A DNA stretch of 34,086 nt, taken from Candidatus Methanophagales archaeon. Its GTDB lineage: Archaea > Halobacteriota > Syntropharchaeia > Alkanophagales > Methanospirareceae. The notes beneath the pieces are model-generated. The model was not told the DNA's origin and did no database searches. It saw only the letters and a program-made list of their open reading frames with translations. Shown here in pieces: positions 26,801-33,994 of the stretch. Location of the stretch: the NCBI GenBank assembly GCA_029241965.1, contig JAPWVK010000159.1, positions 1 to 34,086 of the forward strand. The letters are read 5' to 3'. A program made the position numbers and the translations under genes. Positions within the stretch are counted from its first letter, which is position 1. Each line of letters opens with the position of its first letter.

Positions 26801-29800
26801 GTTAGTTTTATTATTGGTGAGAGAAATGGCCGAAATAGTTGTTAAGGTTCCAGAGGATATTGGTATAGAGCTTGGTAGGGTTTCAGAAGAGAATTGGCAA
26901 TTGTTATTCTCAAGATTCCTGAGAAGAGAGCTGGAAGAAATAAGAGGGATCGAAGCGATAGTATCTAAATCAAAACTAACAGAGGAGCAAGCCAAAGAAT
27001 TAGCAGATGAAGTAAGTTTAGCGATAGCTAAAAGACTTCTTGAGAAGTGATTCGAGATGTTATTGGTAGTTGACGCTAATGTCGTATTCTCAGCACTAAT
27101 AAGAAGAGGCAAGCCATTAAGGGTATTTGAGTTGAACAAGCTTCTCATGAAATTTGAATTTATTGCACCAGAGTTCCTGTTCTTTGAGGTGGGTAAAAGA
27201 ATGGATAAAATACTCAAGCTCACAGATTTATCTAAAGAAGAGTTCATAACGGTTTTTTCATTCATTAAGAATGAACTCGAGCTAATTCCTCTTGAAACAT
27301 TTGAAGATAAAGTTGATGAAGCCAAGGAGAGATCACCACACTTGAAGGATATGCCATATGTTGCTTTATCCCTCAAATTCGATTGTAAGATTCTGTCTGG
27401 AGATAAAGGAATAAAGGAATGCTTGCCTGGTAGAGTCATCATACCATCTAAAGCCTTAAGAATTCTATTTGGGAGGACTGCACCATAAACCTTATGCTCA
27501 GGCGAAACCAGCAGTTGACTGCCATCTTCCAGAGTAAGCTCGAACATCGCATCCGAATAGTCGTATTCCAGATATTTAATCGGTTTCTGATTGCAAAAAA
27601 GTTTTGTGTGTTCTTTTGTAATTTGTGGTTTCCTTGTGGTTTCGTTATGCCGTTTCACCAGCACGATGTCGTTCGGGACGTCAACGTCATAAATCTTGCC
27701 GGTATAAGGGACTTCTTCGATTTTTTTTACTGCTACGGGATTCAGCTCGGAGTCAAGGAATACTAACTGTTTGTCTGATAGCTTGTCATAGAGTTCCGAT
27801 ATTTTTAGCAATGAATAAGTATTTAAATACAGCAAGCCAGTCTTATAATTAGGGGCGATAGAAATGTCAGAGTTAGTTGTTGAGGTTCCAGGATTGCTTA
27901 GAGGAGAGGTTGGTAAGCTAGAGCGAGAGATAGAGGAGCTAATATCGTGGGAGGAGAAGCGTAAATTACTCTCTCTGTTCATGGATGAGGTTATGAAAGA
28001 TGCTAAACAGTTGAGCGAAGACGAACTGGTTACACTTGGAAGAGAGATTAAGAAAGGCAGGTTTGAAAAGCTCAAGCAAAGGGGGTTTGTATGAGTGCGG
28101 TTAGTTGCTGACACAACCGAACTCTTCTCGTTCTTCAACGCTCGGTCAAAGGCAAGGGAGTTATCCATAATCCCTGAATTGGAATTACATTCCCCCTCCT
28201 TTTCTTTATATGAACTCAAAGAACATAAATCCAAGATTCTTACGAGTTTCTCGTTGACCGAGACACAGTTTCTATTGATAATGAAGTTGCTTAAGACCGT
28301 TGTAAAAGTTGCTAAAGAGGAAGAATACTCGGATTTTCTATCGGAGGCTAAGGAAATATCTCCAGACCCTAACGATGTAGATTTCTTTGCGTTGGCTCTG
28401 AAACTGAACTGTCCGCTTTGGTCAGAGGATAAGCTGCTAAAGGGGCAGTCTAAGGTTAAGGTACTCTCTACAAAAGATTTACTTGAACTTTTATCTCTCA
28501 TCAGCCCATAAACCTTATGCTCAGGCGAAACCAGCAGTTTACTGCCATCCGCCAGAGTAAGCTTGAACATCGCATCCGAATAGTCGTATTCCAGATATTT
28601 AATCGGTTTCTGCCATTCCTGCTCTCCCGTCTCCTGGTTTAAAGTCAGAACTTCTTCTTCTGGTTCTAAATCTTTGAACAGTTTCCAGCCTTCTTTTGTT
28701 AGAACCTCGGTTTCTTCGTCGTAACATTCGTACGGTTGGTTAGTCCAGGTCGTCCCGTTAACCGCGGTTATAGTCAAATCCGCAGTTCCTTCCGTCTCGA
28801 ACTTGACAGACCAGTTTCCACCTACTGCTGGATAAGACTGGACATTAATTATACTAATCGGATCAACAGCAACATACCAGGGTCTTGCCTCTGTAAATGT
28901 TTCTGAATCATAACTAATTTCCGCAGTACCTAAAGCGTACAAATAAGGCCACACAGGAGGAACTGCGTAAGAATAACTGACAGATGTTTTCTTGCCAATT
29001 AAATCTTTATTCCAGGTTATTGTCTTTGTATCGTCTTCCTGCATAACCGTAGCGGCATCCGTTGAATACACATCGAACTCAGCAGGCACAAATTCTTTTA
29101 ACGTTACGGATTCCGCATCAGTAAAGCATTCTACGTCAATCCTGACCTCAAACCTGTCCTGCAGTGTGGGGTCTATCTTGCTTTGTGTCGTTCTTATGAT
29201 GTCGAATTCATACTCCGGCTGAACCCGGAAATACGTATTGAAGAATACTTCAACGTTGTCAATTAAACCCGTGACTGAGATCGAGTGATTACCCTCTATT
29301 TCCGTTGGGTAATCCAGGTTATAAATGCCAGATTCGCTACTTGCGGTAATCGTGCCATCAGCGGTGGAATAAATCGTTTCCTCGTTATCGGGATTGTTTA
29401 CGGTTAAATAAAGATCGGCATTGCTGACTGAGTGCCCTGCTTTATCCAGGACAACGATAACGAATTCCACGGTTTCACCGGGTTTGTAGATGCTTTTTTT
29501 GGTGTTTACGGAAACAAGGCCCCACGGGAATTCGGATTCTAAAACGTAAACGTGCTCGTCCTTCACTAACTCCACACTTAATGTATATACGCCCACTCGG
29601 AATGCTCGTTCCTTAGGCAATTTAATTGCGAATTTGCCTTCGCCTTTTTTCGCTATTTCGGGCGCGATGTCTGTTAGTGCACCCGAAGAATCATAAACAA
29701 AAGTCTCTATCGTTTCGTTTTCTGTCACCCAGCGTTTCAATGCTTTTTGGGGTGCGCCAATAGCAGCTTCCTCACTTACAGTGCTAAGCATTTCCCGCGA

Positions 29801-30460
29801 TGCGTTTTCGGTAACATTTTCATTAAAAGTTTTCTGCGAAGCGTTTTTGATAAAACTTTTATTAAAAGTTTTATATTCAAACGAAAAAGTCGGTTCCTCA
29901 TCCAGGGAATAAGACTCTTTGTTTGCAATTAGTTTTGGCGGTTCAATCACGGATTCCGTAACATTAATATTACGTGATTCACCTGTTGATTCGTTAATCG
30001 TATAATTCAAACCGATGACGGAGGTATTATCAGTTGCATTTTCCGGTGTTTGTATCGTAACGCCCGAGGCATTACCTGTTGTATTATCCGTTGTATTTTC
30101 CGGTGTTTGTAACGTAACGCCCGAGGCATTACCTGTTGTACTATTATTAGTTGCAGTTTCAGGTGTTTGTATCGTAATGCCCGTGGCATTATCAGTTGTG
30201 TTATCAGTTACATTATCAGGTGATAGTATCGGATTTATCGGTGCCGTTACGTCCGTAATATTTTCTGACGGGGTATCATTAAGGTTAGTTACGTATGATG
30301 TAATGTTTTCAGGCAGCGTTGTGTTCTCGTTTTGTGTTGCACCAAAAGCGATTAAAGGCACGATAAGCAAAGCTATGACAATTGTAATGCGTGCGCTCTT
30401 CCAGTTTGTTTTTGCTCTTAGCATCTTTTCGCAGGTCAAGCTTCCTTTTCTATCATACAT
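23798..30460 (-). CDS. Giant secreted cell-surface glycoprotein (2220 aa) containing two tandem intein-like insertions
   Basis: N-terminal signal/TM (ARITIVIALLIVPLIAFGA), three 22-aa tandem repeats, very high density of N-x-S/T sequons throughout, repeated beta-rich domains, C-terminal domain shared with 22344-23801 and 31856-32419 products; likely true start at MLRAKT (~30424). Confidence 0.55.
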   Translation of the reverse strand: MYDRKGSLTCEKMLRAKTNWKSARITIVIALLIVPLIAFGATQNENTTLPENITSYVTNLNDTPSENITDVTAPINPILSPDNVTDNTTDNATGITIQTPETATNNSTTGNASGVTLQTPENTTDNTTGNASGVTIQTPENATDNTSVIGLNYTINESTGESRNINVTESVIEPPKLIANKESYSLDEEPTFSFEYKTFNKSFIKNASQKTFNENVTENASREMLSTVSEEAAIGAPQKALKRWVTENETIETFVYDSSGALTDIAPEIAKKGEGKFAIKLPKERAFRVGVYTLSVELVKDEHVYVLESEFPWGLVSVNTKKSIYKPGETVEFVIVVLDKAGHSVSNADLYLTVNNPDNEETIYSTADGTITASSESGIYNLDYPTEIEGNHSISVTGLIDNVEVFFNTYFRVQPEYEFDIIRTTQSKIDPTLQDRFEVRIDVECFTDAESVTLKEFVPAEFDVYSTDAATVMQEDDTKTITWNKDLIGKKTSVSYSYAVPPVWPYLYALGTAEISYDSETFTEARPWYVAVDPISIINVQSYPAVGGNWSVKFETEGTADLTITAVNGTTWTNQPYECYDEETEVLTKEGWKLFKDLEPEEEVLTLNQETGEQEWQKPIKYLEYDYSDAMFKLTLADGSKLLVSPEHKVYGLMRDKSSSKSFVESTLTLDCPFSSLSSDQSGQFSFRANAKKSTSLGSGDISLASDRKSEYSSSLATFTTVLSNFIINRNCVSVNEKLVRILDLCSLSSYKEKEGECNSNSGIMDNSLAFDRALKNEKSSVVSATNRTHTNPLCLSFSNLPFLISLPSVTSSSSLNCLASFITSSMNRESNLRFSSHDISSSISRSSLPTSPLSNPGTSTTNSDISIAPNYKTGLLYLNTYSLLKISELYDKLSDKQLVFLDSELNPVAVKKIEEVPYTGKIYDVDVPNDIVLVKRHNETTRKPQITKEHTKLFCNQKPIKYLEYDYSDAMFELTLEDGSQLLVSPEHKVYGAVLPNRILKALDGMMTLPGKHSFIPLSPDRILQSNLRDKATYGISFKCGDLSLASSTLSSNVSRGISSSSFLMNEKTVMNSSLDKSVSLSILSILLPTSKNRNSGAINSNFMRSLFNSNTLNGLPLLISAENTTLASTTNNISNHFSRSLLAIAKLTSSANSLACSSVSFDLDTIASIPLISSSSLLRNLENNNCQFSSETLPSSIPISSGTLTTISAISLTNNKTNLLYLNNFSMPVTVNEKETVITNTINPNGLNTYSLLKISELHELPDKQLVFLDSEQNPVAVKKIEEVPYNGKIYSVTVPNRILLIRRKNSTPVWCGNSNYDLQLLALKCGNRTLDYQWRNNSLFIHNYSCNETSYETSKVLTSGKHALEFRFGGDVDYAYNQAGCPTFELISQEPATIYENSTGAFNVTWLVTTDATHTLNNSSVSLVWTLWDSVLDSYNWSLRVPSNNKSAVWALCNEQILRADNRNATIQRLNFEDNATITEGNVWKWAGADENTSRLTIQKVNDTHSYVHWNGTVENTVFENMYYLDRTRMQKEISKYYDIYKQGSTGYRAALVKFWDTEAIKGSSDYKIHIAFEATDLGASNNLDIYYLNDSYNITGGKPLESPYYTYLTSYTGTTVDDYTYEPYNSSFVTFTIGVNNSRVIGSDVNTTPHGYIYFRSPTATSNEYRLAYVDGTSGMNISFAQTNVAWTSTNDGSSFLQAAWTPKLFFDYSKSGMQHQMKLYAANASGSWSNSTLLTNDIRLVHYPPTVPHIRYFNISGVKDYDMNGSYDGIFDIGVGVATDPDGGTVVHNLTLCYPNQTFISIVNNTFTEADAAGGIADIAFNASNYSPGLYTLHCVATDDEGETSETWLGTNFTIDSQSPTITIDVPTTSVPIYKKGGEQFYVNFSYTEDNPKNYTVTIYNATATINSSSDTAYTPNSYVNASFYLNSSAAKGKYNVSVEMYDNASNYNISYQNQSVFKMGWSNVTWGSPSGGSSYESGAIITLTCLVRDVNTSSGIENYPVRFYNKTDSTVTYLGLNYTNSSGYAVLDWDTSGVAVGWYYPKCNITDNATLFYNVTADDEANTSIELSYATTLEIRNQTASQSISSINFSGATGATVVDPHNNADGSGNPQNVTSNSPVVTIYNPSSSTEYKIWLKVEEVNGWSTIINDEKFNVTANDTSPGAVGSWISLKSWGSYKDTGVRVSKGTHKDLYLAYELKGSGTGTSTVSVLGEAV
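26826..27050 (+). CDS. Small antitoxin-like protein, antisense within intein-like copy 2
   Basis: MAEIVVKVPEDIGIELGRVSEENWQLLFSRFLRRELEEIRGIEAIVSKSKLTEEQAKELADEVSLAIAKRLLEK; 6 nt upstream of the PIN start; track ORF starts earlier at 26739. Confidence 0.5.
   Translation: MAEIVVKVPEDIGIELGRVSEENWQLLFSRFLRRELEEIRGIEAIVSKSKLTEEQAKELADEVSLAIAKRLLEK
27057..27488 (+). CDS. PIN-domain (VapC-like, PIN_3-like) toxin
   Basis: MLLVVDANVVFSAL (Asp6), FEFIAPEFLFFEV (conserved Glu), HLKDMPYVALSLKFDCKILSGDKG (C-terminal Asp motifs); 143 aa. Confidence 0.6.
   Translation: MLLVVDANVVFSALIRRGKPLRVFELNKLLMKFEFIAPEFLFFEVGKRMDKILKLTDLSKEEFITVFSFIKNELELIPLETFEDKVDEAKERSPHLKDMPYVALSLKFDCKILSGDKGIKECLPGRVIIPSKALRILFGRTAP
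27864..28094 (+). CDS. Small antitoxin-like protein, antisense within intein-like copy 1
   Basis: MSELVVEVPGLLRGEVGKLEREIEELISWEEKRKLL...; stop TGA directly abuts the GTG start of the PIN gene. Confidence 0.5.
   Translation: MSELVVEVPGLLRGEVGKLEREIEELISWEEKRKLLSLFMDEVMKDAKQLSEDELVTLGREIKKGRFEKLKQRGFV
28095..28511 (+). CDS. PIN-domain (VapC-like) toxin, GTG start
   Basis: VRLVADTTELFSFF (Asp), ...EISPDPNDVDFFALALKLNCPLWSEDK; 138 aa. Confidence 0.55.
   Translation: MRLVADTTELFSFFNARSKARELSIIPELELHSPSFSLYELKEHKSKILTSFSLTETQFLLIMKLLKTVVKVAKEEEYSDFLSEAKEISPDPNDVDFFALALKLNCPLWSEDKLLKGQSKVKVLSTKDLLELLSLISP
30030..30240 (-). repeat. Three tandem ~66-bp coding repeats (22-aa sequon-rich units DNTTGNASGVTIQTPENATDNT) near the 5' end of the giant gene
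   Basis: Repeated nucleotide unit cgtaacgcccgaggcattacctgttgt... visible three times; sits within the 30424/30460-23798 giant-protein CDS. Confidence 0.6.
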
Positions 30461-30463
30461 ACA

Positions 30464-31066
30464 TTATCTTTTCCTTCTCAACCACACCACAATCAATATA
30501 ATTACGATTGCCACGAGCGCAACAAGATGATTATTCTCCTTTAGTTCCCTTGTAATAAGGGTAAACGGATTTTGCACTGCTAAAACGTTTACTGATGCAG
30601 GTATCAGGAGCCCCGTATAAACTGTAGAGTCACCTGCACCTGCTGCTGCCGCCGAAGCATCCTCAAACAAGATGTATGTCCTTCTTTCACCGGAATGCCC
30701 TTCCATGCCTGCATCTTCAGAAGTGGCACCATACAATCCAGGTTTTGCATCTTTCGGTATGCTTATCCGCACTGAAAACTCCTTTTCTTCCCCTGCTTTA
30801 AGTGTGTAATCCTCAGGAATTACCTCTAGCCAGCTCGTTATGTTTGCCTTCGCCGAATCACCTTCCACCGTTTTATAAAAAGTGCGCCAGTGCCCTATCC
30901 TTTCCACTGATGTGCACTCCAGCGTGACTGGTATAGTAAGCACATCGCCTGCATATCCTTCGTTATTGCAGATGGATAACCGATTTACCGCGGTTGCTGC
31001 TACAGATGCGATAGTTACTACGAAGATGAGAACCAATATTGTTAGTGCTATTGGTATCTGCCTCAT
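30464..31066 (-). CDS. Secreted surface-domain protein with C-terminal TM anchor and RRKR tail
   Basis: Signal peptide; ITSWLEVIPEDYTLKAGEEKEFSVRISIPKDAKPGLYGATSEDAGMEGH domain paralogous to 17795-18661 N-domain; C-terminal LVALVAIVIILIVVWLRRKR. Confidence 0.5.
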   Translation of the reverse strand: MRQIPIALTILVLIFVVTIASVAATAVNRLSICNNEGYAGDVLTIPVTLECTSVERIGHWRTFYKTVEGDSAKANITSWLEVIPEDYTLKAGEEKEFSVRISIPKDAKPGLYGATSEDAGMEGHSGERRTYILFEDASAAAAGAGDSTVYTGLLIPASVNVLAVQNPFTLITRELKENNHLVALVAIVIILIVVWLRRKR

Positions 31067-31722
31067 GTTTTCCTGCGCCTGAGCAGTATTACCAGAAGCA
31101 CAACGATTACCGCTAACATAGCGATAGATAGGATATTCGATTTTAGCGTGTCTGTAATGCCTTCGAATGGCGACGGTTTTTCGGGTGTTCCTAAAACGTT
31201 AACTGAGACTGGTATTCTAATCCCTGTGTATGTGGTAGAGCCCGCACCTTGCACAACAGCTTCTGCATCAGCATCCTTGAATTCTATGTAGGTTCTTCTT
31301 TGGGCTGCATGCCCCGCTATCCCTGCATCTTCTGATGTCGCACCCCATAGTCCAAGGGAAGCATCCGAAGGCACGTTTATTATCAACATAAAATGCTTTG
31401 CTTCTCCGGTTTTTATTGTATAGTCCTTTGGTTTCACTTCTATCCAGGAAGTTATGTCCATCTTCTCCGAATCGCCTTCTATTTGCTTATAAAAAATTCG
31501 CCAGCTTCCTGTCCTATCTGGAAGGTCACCATACAGCGTCATGTCTTCCGTTATTGTATCGCCCGGATAAGCATTGAGATTGCAGAATATTACTCTCTCC
31601 GCAGTTGTTGCAGATGCTATTTGTATTGGGACTTGGACAGTAGCCGAGAGTACCAAGACTAATAACCCGAACGCTAGAATTGTTGCTATGTTCTTCGCGG
31701 TATCCGCCTTTTCGTTTCGCAT
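31063..31722 (-). CDS. Secreted surface-domain protein paralog with C-terminal TM anchor and RRRKT tail
   Basis: 4-nt overlap with the downstream paralog, suggesting an operon; ITSWIEVKPKDYTIKTGEAKHFMLIINVPSDASLGLWGATSEDAGIAGH; C-terminal LSIAMLAVIVVLLVILLRRRKT. Confidence 0.5.
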   Translation of the reverse strand: MRNEKADTAKNIATILAFGLLVLVLSATVQVPIQIASATTAERVIFCNLNAYPGDTITEDMTLYGDLPDRTGSWRIFYKQIEGDSEKMDITSWIEVKPKDYTIKTGEAKHFMLIINVPSDASLGLWGATSEDAGIAGHAAQRRTYIEFKDADAEAVVQGAGSTTYTGIRIPVSVNVLGTPEKPSPFEGITDTLKSNILSIAMLAVIVVLLVILLRRRKT

Positions 31723-31775
31723 GTCTTTCTTTTACTCCTGTTTATTTTAAATGTTTTTGTTTCGTGTAATGCCCT

Positions 31776-31803
31776 TTTTTAAAAAAAAAAGTGGGGCGAA
31801 AAC
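31776..31803 (-). terminator. GC hairpin (GGGGCG-aaaa-CGCCCC) followed by T10 on the minus strand, terminator of the 31856-32419 gene
   Basis: Plus strand aaaaaaaaaagtggggcgaaaacgccccgttc; lies between the stop at 31856 and the next start at 31722. Confidence 0.4.
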
Positions 31804-31855
31804 GCCCCGTTCTTTATACTCCTATGCCCCCGTTCCTATTCTTAGCTACATTGTT

Positions 31856-32419
31856 TTACAGCTCGCAAGTCACGTTAAACGTTGATGTTGCCGATCCACC
31901 TTGGTTTAACGCTGCTTTTAGCCAAAGCGACCAGTTTCCATTCGCAGAGAGTGTGGTATTAGGTGCATTTGAAATATTAAGCGGTACCTCAACGTCATCA
32001 GCGAATACTGTCCAACCAGCGGGCTTTGTGCCATCAGAAACATTCCAGGATTCTGATGATATCACATTGTCACCAGTCCATGCGCCTGCGGTTATGTAAA
32101 CAGTCATAGCTGCGGCGGTGTTCGTGTTGTTCAGGCATGCTACGGCTGTTTGATTAGTAGTTATAACTTGTGTTTGACCCGCTGAATTCGCGGGATCAGC
32201 TACAGTTGCGCCAGACTGACCTGAGAAGTTCCAGTGGGTGACTGCAGGAGTTGCTGCGCCAGATTGACCTACGATTTTAACCGCCGTAATGTTCTTCGTC
32301 ACAGTTGCGTTCTGCACCGATTCGGAACCACTTACCGGTAAAGAAGCAGAGAACACCAGCATCGCCACAACAACTGCAAGGATTAGTGACAAACCTATAG
32401 TTGTTTTATCTATTCCCAT
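31856..32419 (-). CDS. Secreted sequon-rich protein with a domain paralogous to part of the giant surface protein
   Basis: Signal/TM MGIDKTTIGLSLILAVVVAMLVFSA; NFSGQSGATVADPANSAGQTQVITTNQTAV vs giant NFSGATGATVVDPHNNADGSGNPQNVTSNSPVV. Confidence 0.45.
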   Translation of the reverse strand: MGIDKTTIGLSLILAVVVAMLVFSASLPVSGSESVQNATVTKNITAVKIVGQSGAATPAVTHWNFSGQSGATVADPANSAGQTQVITTNQTAVACLNNTNTAAAMTVYITAGAWTGDNVISSESWNVSDGTKPAGWTVFADDVEVPLNISNAPNTTLSANGNWSLWLKAALNQGGSATSTFNVTCEL

Positions 32420-32949
32420 TTTTTATTTATCACCCCCTAATTTTTTATAAAAGATTTTACAATCGTCCCTTCTTCTTTGATGTCCATTGCCTGGGTATAA
32501 CACCACAGCCGAAACATATTTACGCTCATCGTTTTTCAGGTTATCTATTGTGGGACATAGCCATATTTTTGGTAGCTTCTTACCACTACCAAAAAATTAA
32601 TAAGGGAACGACAGTTAAATTGATTTGCGGTAGCTGCAAAAAAAATTGTGGATGTTGTAATTTTTTTTAGGAACATGTAGTACGGAGTTTGTACAGATGT
32701 TAGTGTCTCTTGAAGTAGTCAGAGGAATGATTAAATCTGGACGAAATAGAAGAAGAATTTAACGCAGTTGGCTGTGTTACTCACGGAAGCGAAGAGGTCT
32801 ATATGTAAAAAGCAGTAATTGAAGCGATGCAGCGCGGGATAGAAGAAAAGAGGCAGGGAAAAAACGCGAATATTGAGCTAAAACGATTAGAGAAGGGATT
32901 TGACTTTGGGAAGAGATTGTATAAGACGAGAGATGTTACCAACTACCAT

Positions 32950-33735
32950 TCATACTTTACAAACCTTATCAAATATCTCTTTCACTGCGACAACCGCTTT
33001 AGAATCCTCCGGTAGCTCTAATATTGGCGTACCAACTAAATCAAACGCTCTTATGTTCTCATCCTCAGGAACCGTTCCTACAAGCGTAAGCCTGCTATCC
33101 TTTACCAGCCCCGCAAGGGCAGCCTTCACTTTCTCGTCTTCCGTCATCTTGTTCAGCACCAGATATATCTGCCCGAAGTCAATATGCAGCTTTTCCGCAA
33201 TGTTCTTTATCGTGGATGCCGTGTCTATACCTCGTTTTGTGGGATCGCTAACTACGAGCATTGTATCCACGTCCCGAGTCGTTCTGCGGCTCAGATGCTC
33301 CAACCCGGCTTCGCAATCTATCAGGATTGTGCAAAACCGCGAAGACAGCTTATCAATGAAATGCCGCAGCATATCGTTTATCAGGCAGTAGCAGCCCGGA
33401 CCTTCAGAACGACCCATGACTAATACCGAGAACCGTGCGGTATTCACCAATATCTCGTCTATTTTGTACTCAATCAGCATGTCGGTGGGCATGTCTTCGG
33501 AGAAGAAGACTCCGCTTGGCGATGCTATCTCTTCTCGCACATCACCTAAGGTCTTATTCACTTTCACACCTAACGTGCTTGGTAAGCTCGACGCGGGATC
33601 GGCATCTATTGCAAGCACTCTCCCGCCTGTTCCGTTCTCGGCCAGGAATTTTAGTAGTAACGAGGCTATCACTGTCTTACCCGTACCACCTTTTCCTGCT
33701 ACTGCGATAATATGCGCTCCGTTTCTATGCGACAT
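32950..33735 (-). CDS. cooC: CooC/AcsF-family P-loop ATPase (MinD/ParA superfamily; CODH/ACS nickel-insertion accessory-protein type)
   Basis: Walker A AVAGKGGTGKT, AIDADPASSL, CYCLINDML, DCEAGLEHLSRRTTRDVDTMLVVSDPTKRGIDTA, all closely matching CooC signatures; start placed at MSHRNG (track ORF to 33759). Confidence 0.65.
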   Translation of the reverse strand: MSHRNGAHIIAVAGKGGTGKTVIASLLLKFLAENGTGGRVLAIDADPASSLPSTLGVKVNKTLGDVREEIASPSGVFFSEDMPTDMLIEYKIDEILVNTARFSVLVMGRSEGPGCYCLINDMLRHFIDKLSSRFCTILIDCEAGLEHLSRRTTRDVDTMLVVSDPTKRGIDTASTIKNIAEKLHIDFGQIYLVLNKMTEDEKVKAALAGLVKDSRLTLVGTVPEDENIRAFDLVGTPILELPEDSKAVVAVKEIFDKVCKV

Positions 33736-33837
33736 GGTTTTTAGATTGTAACTCCACACATCTAATAACAGCTATGTATGATATAGTTGTTCTCTGCACG
33801 GAAAAAATGATATGGAAAGCAATATCAAATATTTGTT

Positions 33838-33994
33838 TGTACAGCAAATCTACGAAACCACGAGATTCCACGAGATTAGCACAACACTTTTTCTTTTTCA
33901 GAAAAAGAAAACCTGTGCTAAAAGAAAACACGTTTGTTCTTTTGGTAAAGCTTTTCTTTCAAAGAAAAGGTTTCTCGTGGAAATCTATGGTTCG
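33838..33994 (+). repeat. Interspersed intergenic repeat, copy D, with the palindromic promoter motif embedded (33884-33936, minus orientation)
   Basis: tgtacagcaaatctacgaaaccacgagattccacgagatt ... tttctcgtggaaatctatggttcgctaaacaaaca; the embedded motif is the reverse complement of tttcttttagcacaggttttctttttctgaaaaagaaaaagtg and points toward the cooC-like gene. Confidence 0.45.

Larger units (their letters stand above)
26537..27643 (-). mobile_element. Intein-like (Hint) element copy 2 (369 codons) carrying an antisense antitoxin/PIN cassette; ends ...RRKN with +1 Ser
   Basis: Hint N-half KPIKYLEYDYSDAMFELTLEDGSQLLVSPEHKVYG (block B SPEH) and C-half QLVFLDSEQNPVAVKKIEEVPYNGKIYSVTVPNRILLIRRKN-S; lacks Cys1 (begins ETTRKPQITKEHTKLF). 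Confidence 0.55.
27644..28726 (-). mobile_element. Intein-like (Hint) element copy 1 (361 codons) with canonical N-terminus (Cys1: CYDEETEVLT...) and terminal HN, but +1 residue is Glu
   Basis: Block A CYDEETEVLTKEGWKLF, ...LNQETGEQEWQKPIKYLEYDYSDAMFKLTLADGSKLLVSPEHKVYG (block B), C-half QLVFLDSELNPVAVKKIEEVPYTGKIYDVDVPNDIVLVKRHN; central ~250 codons are low-complexity and antisense to 27864-28511. Confidence 0.6.
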
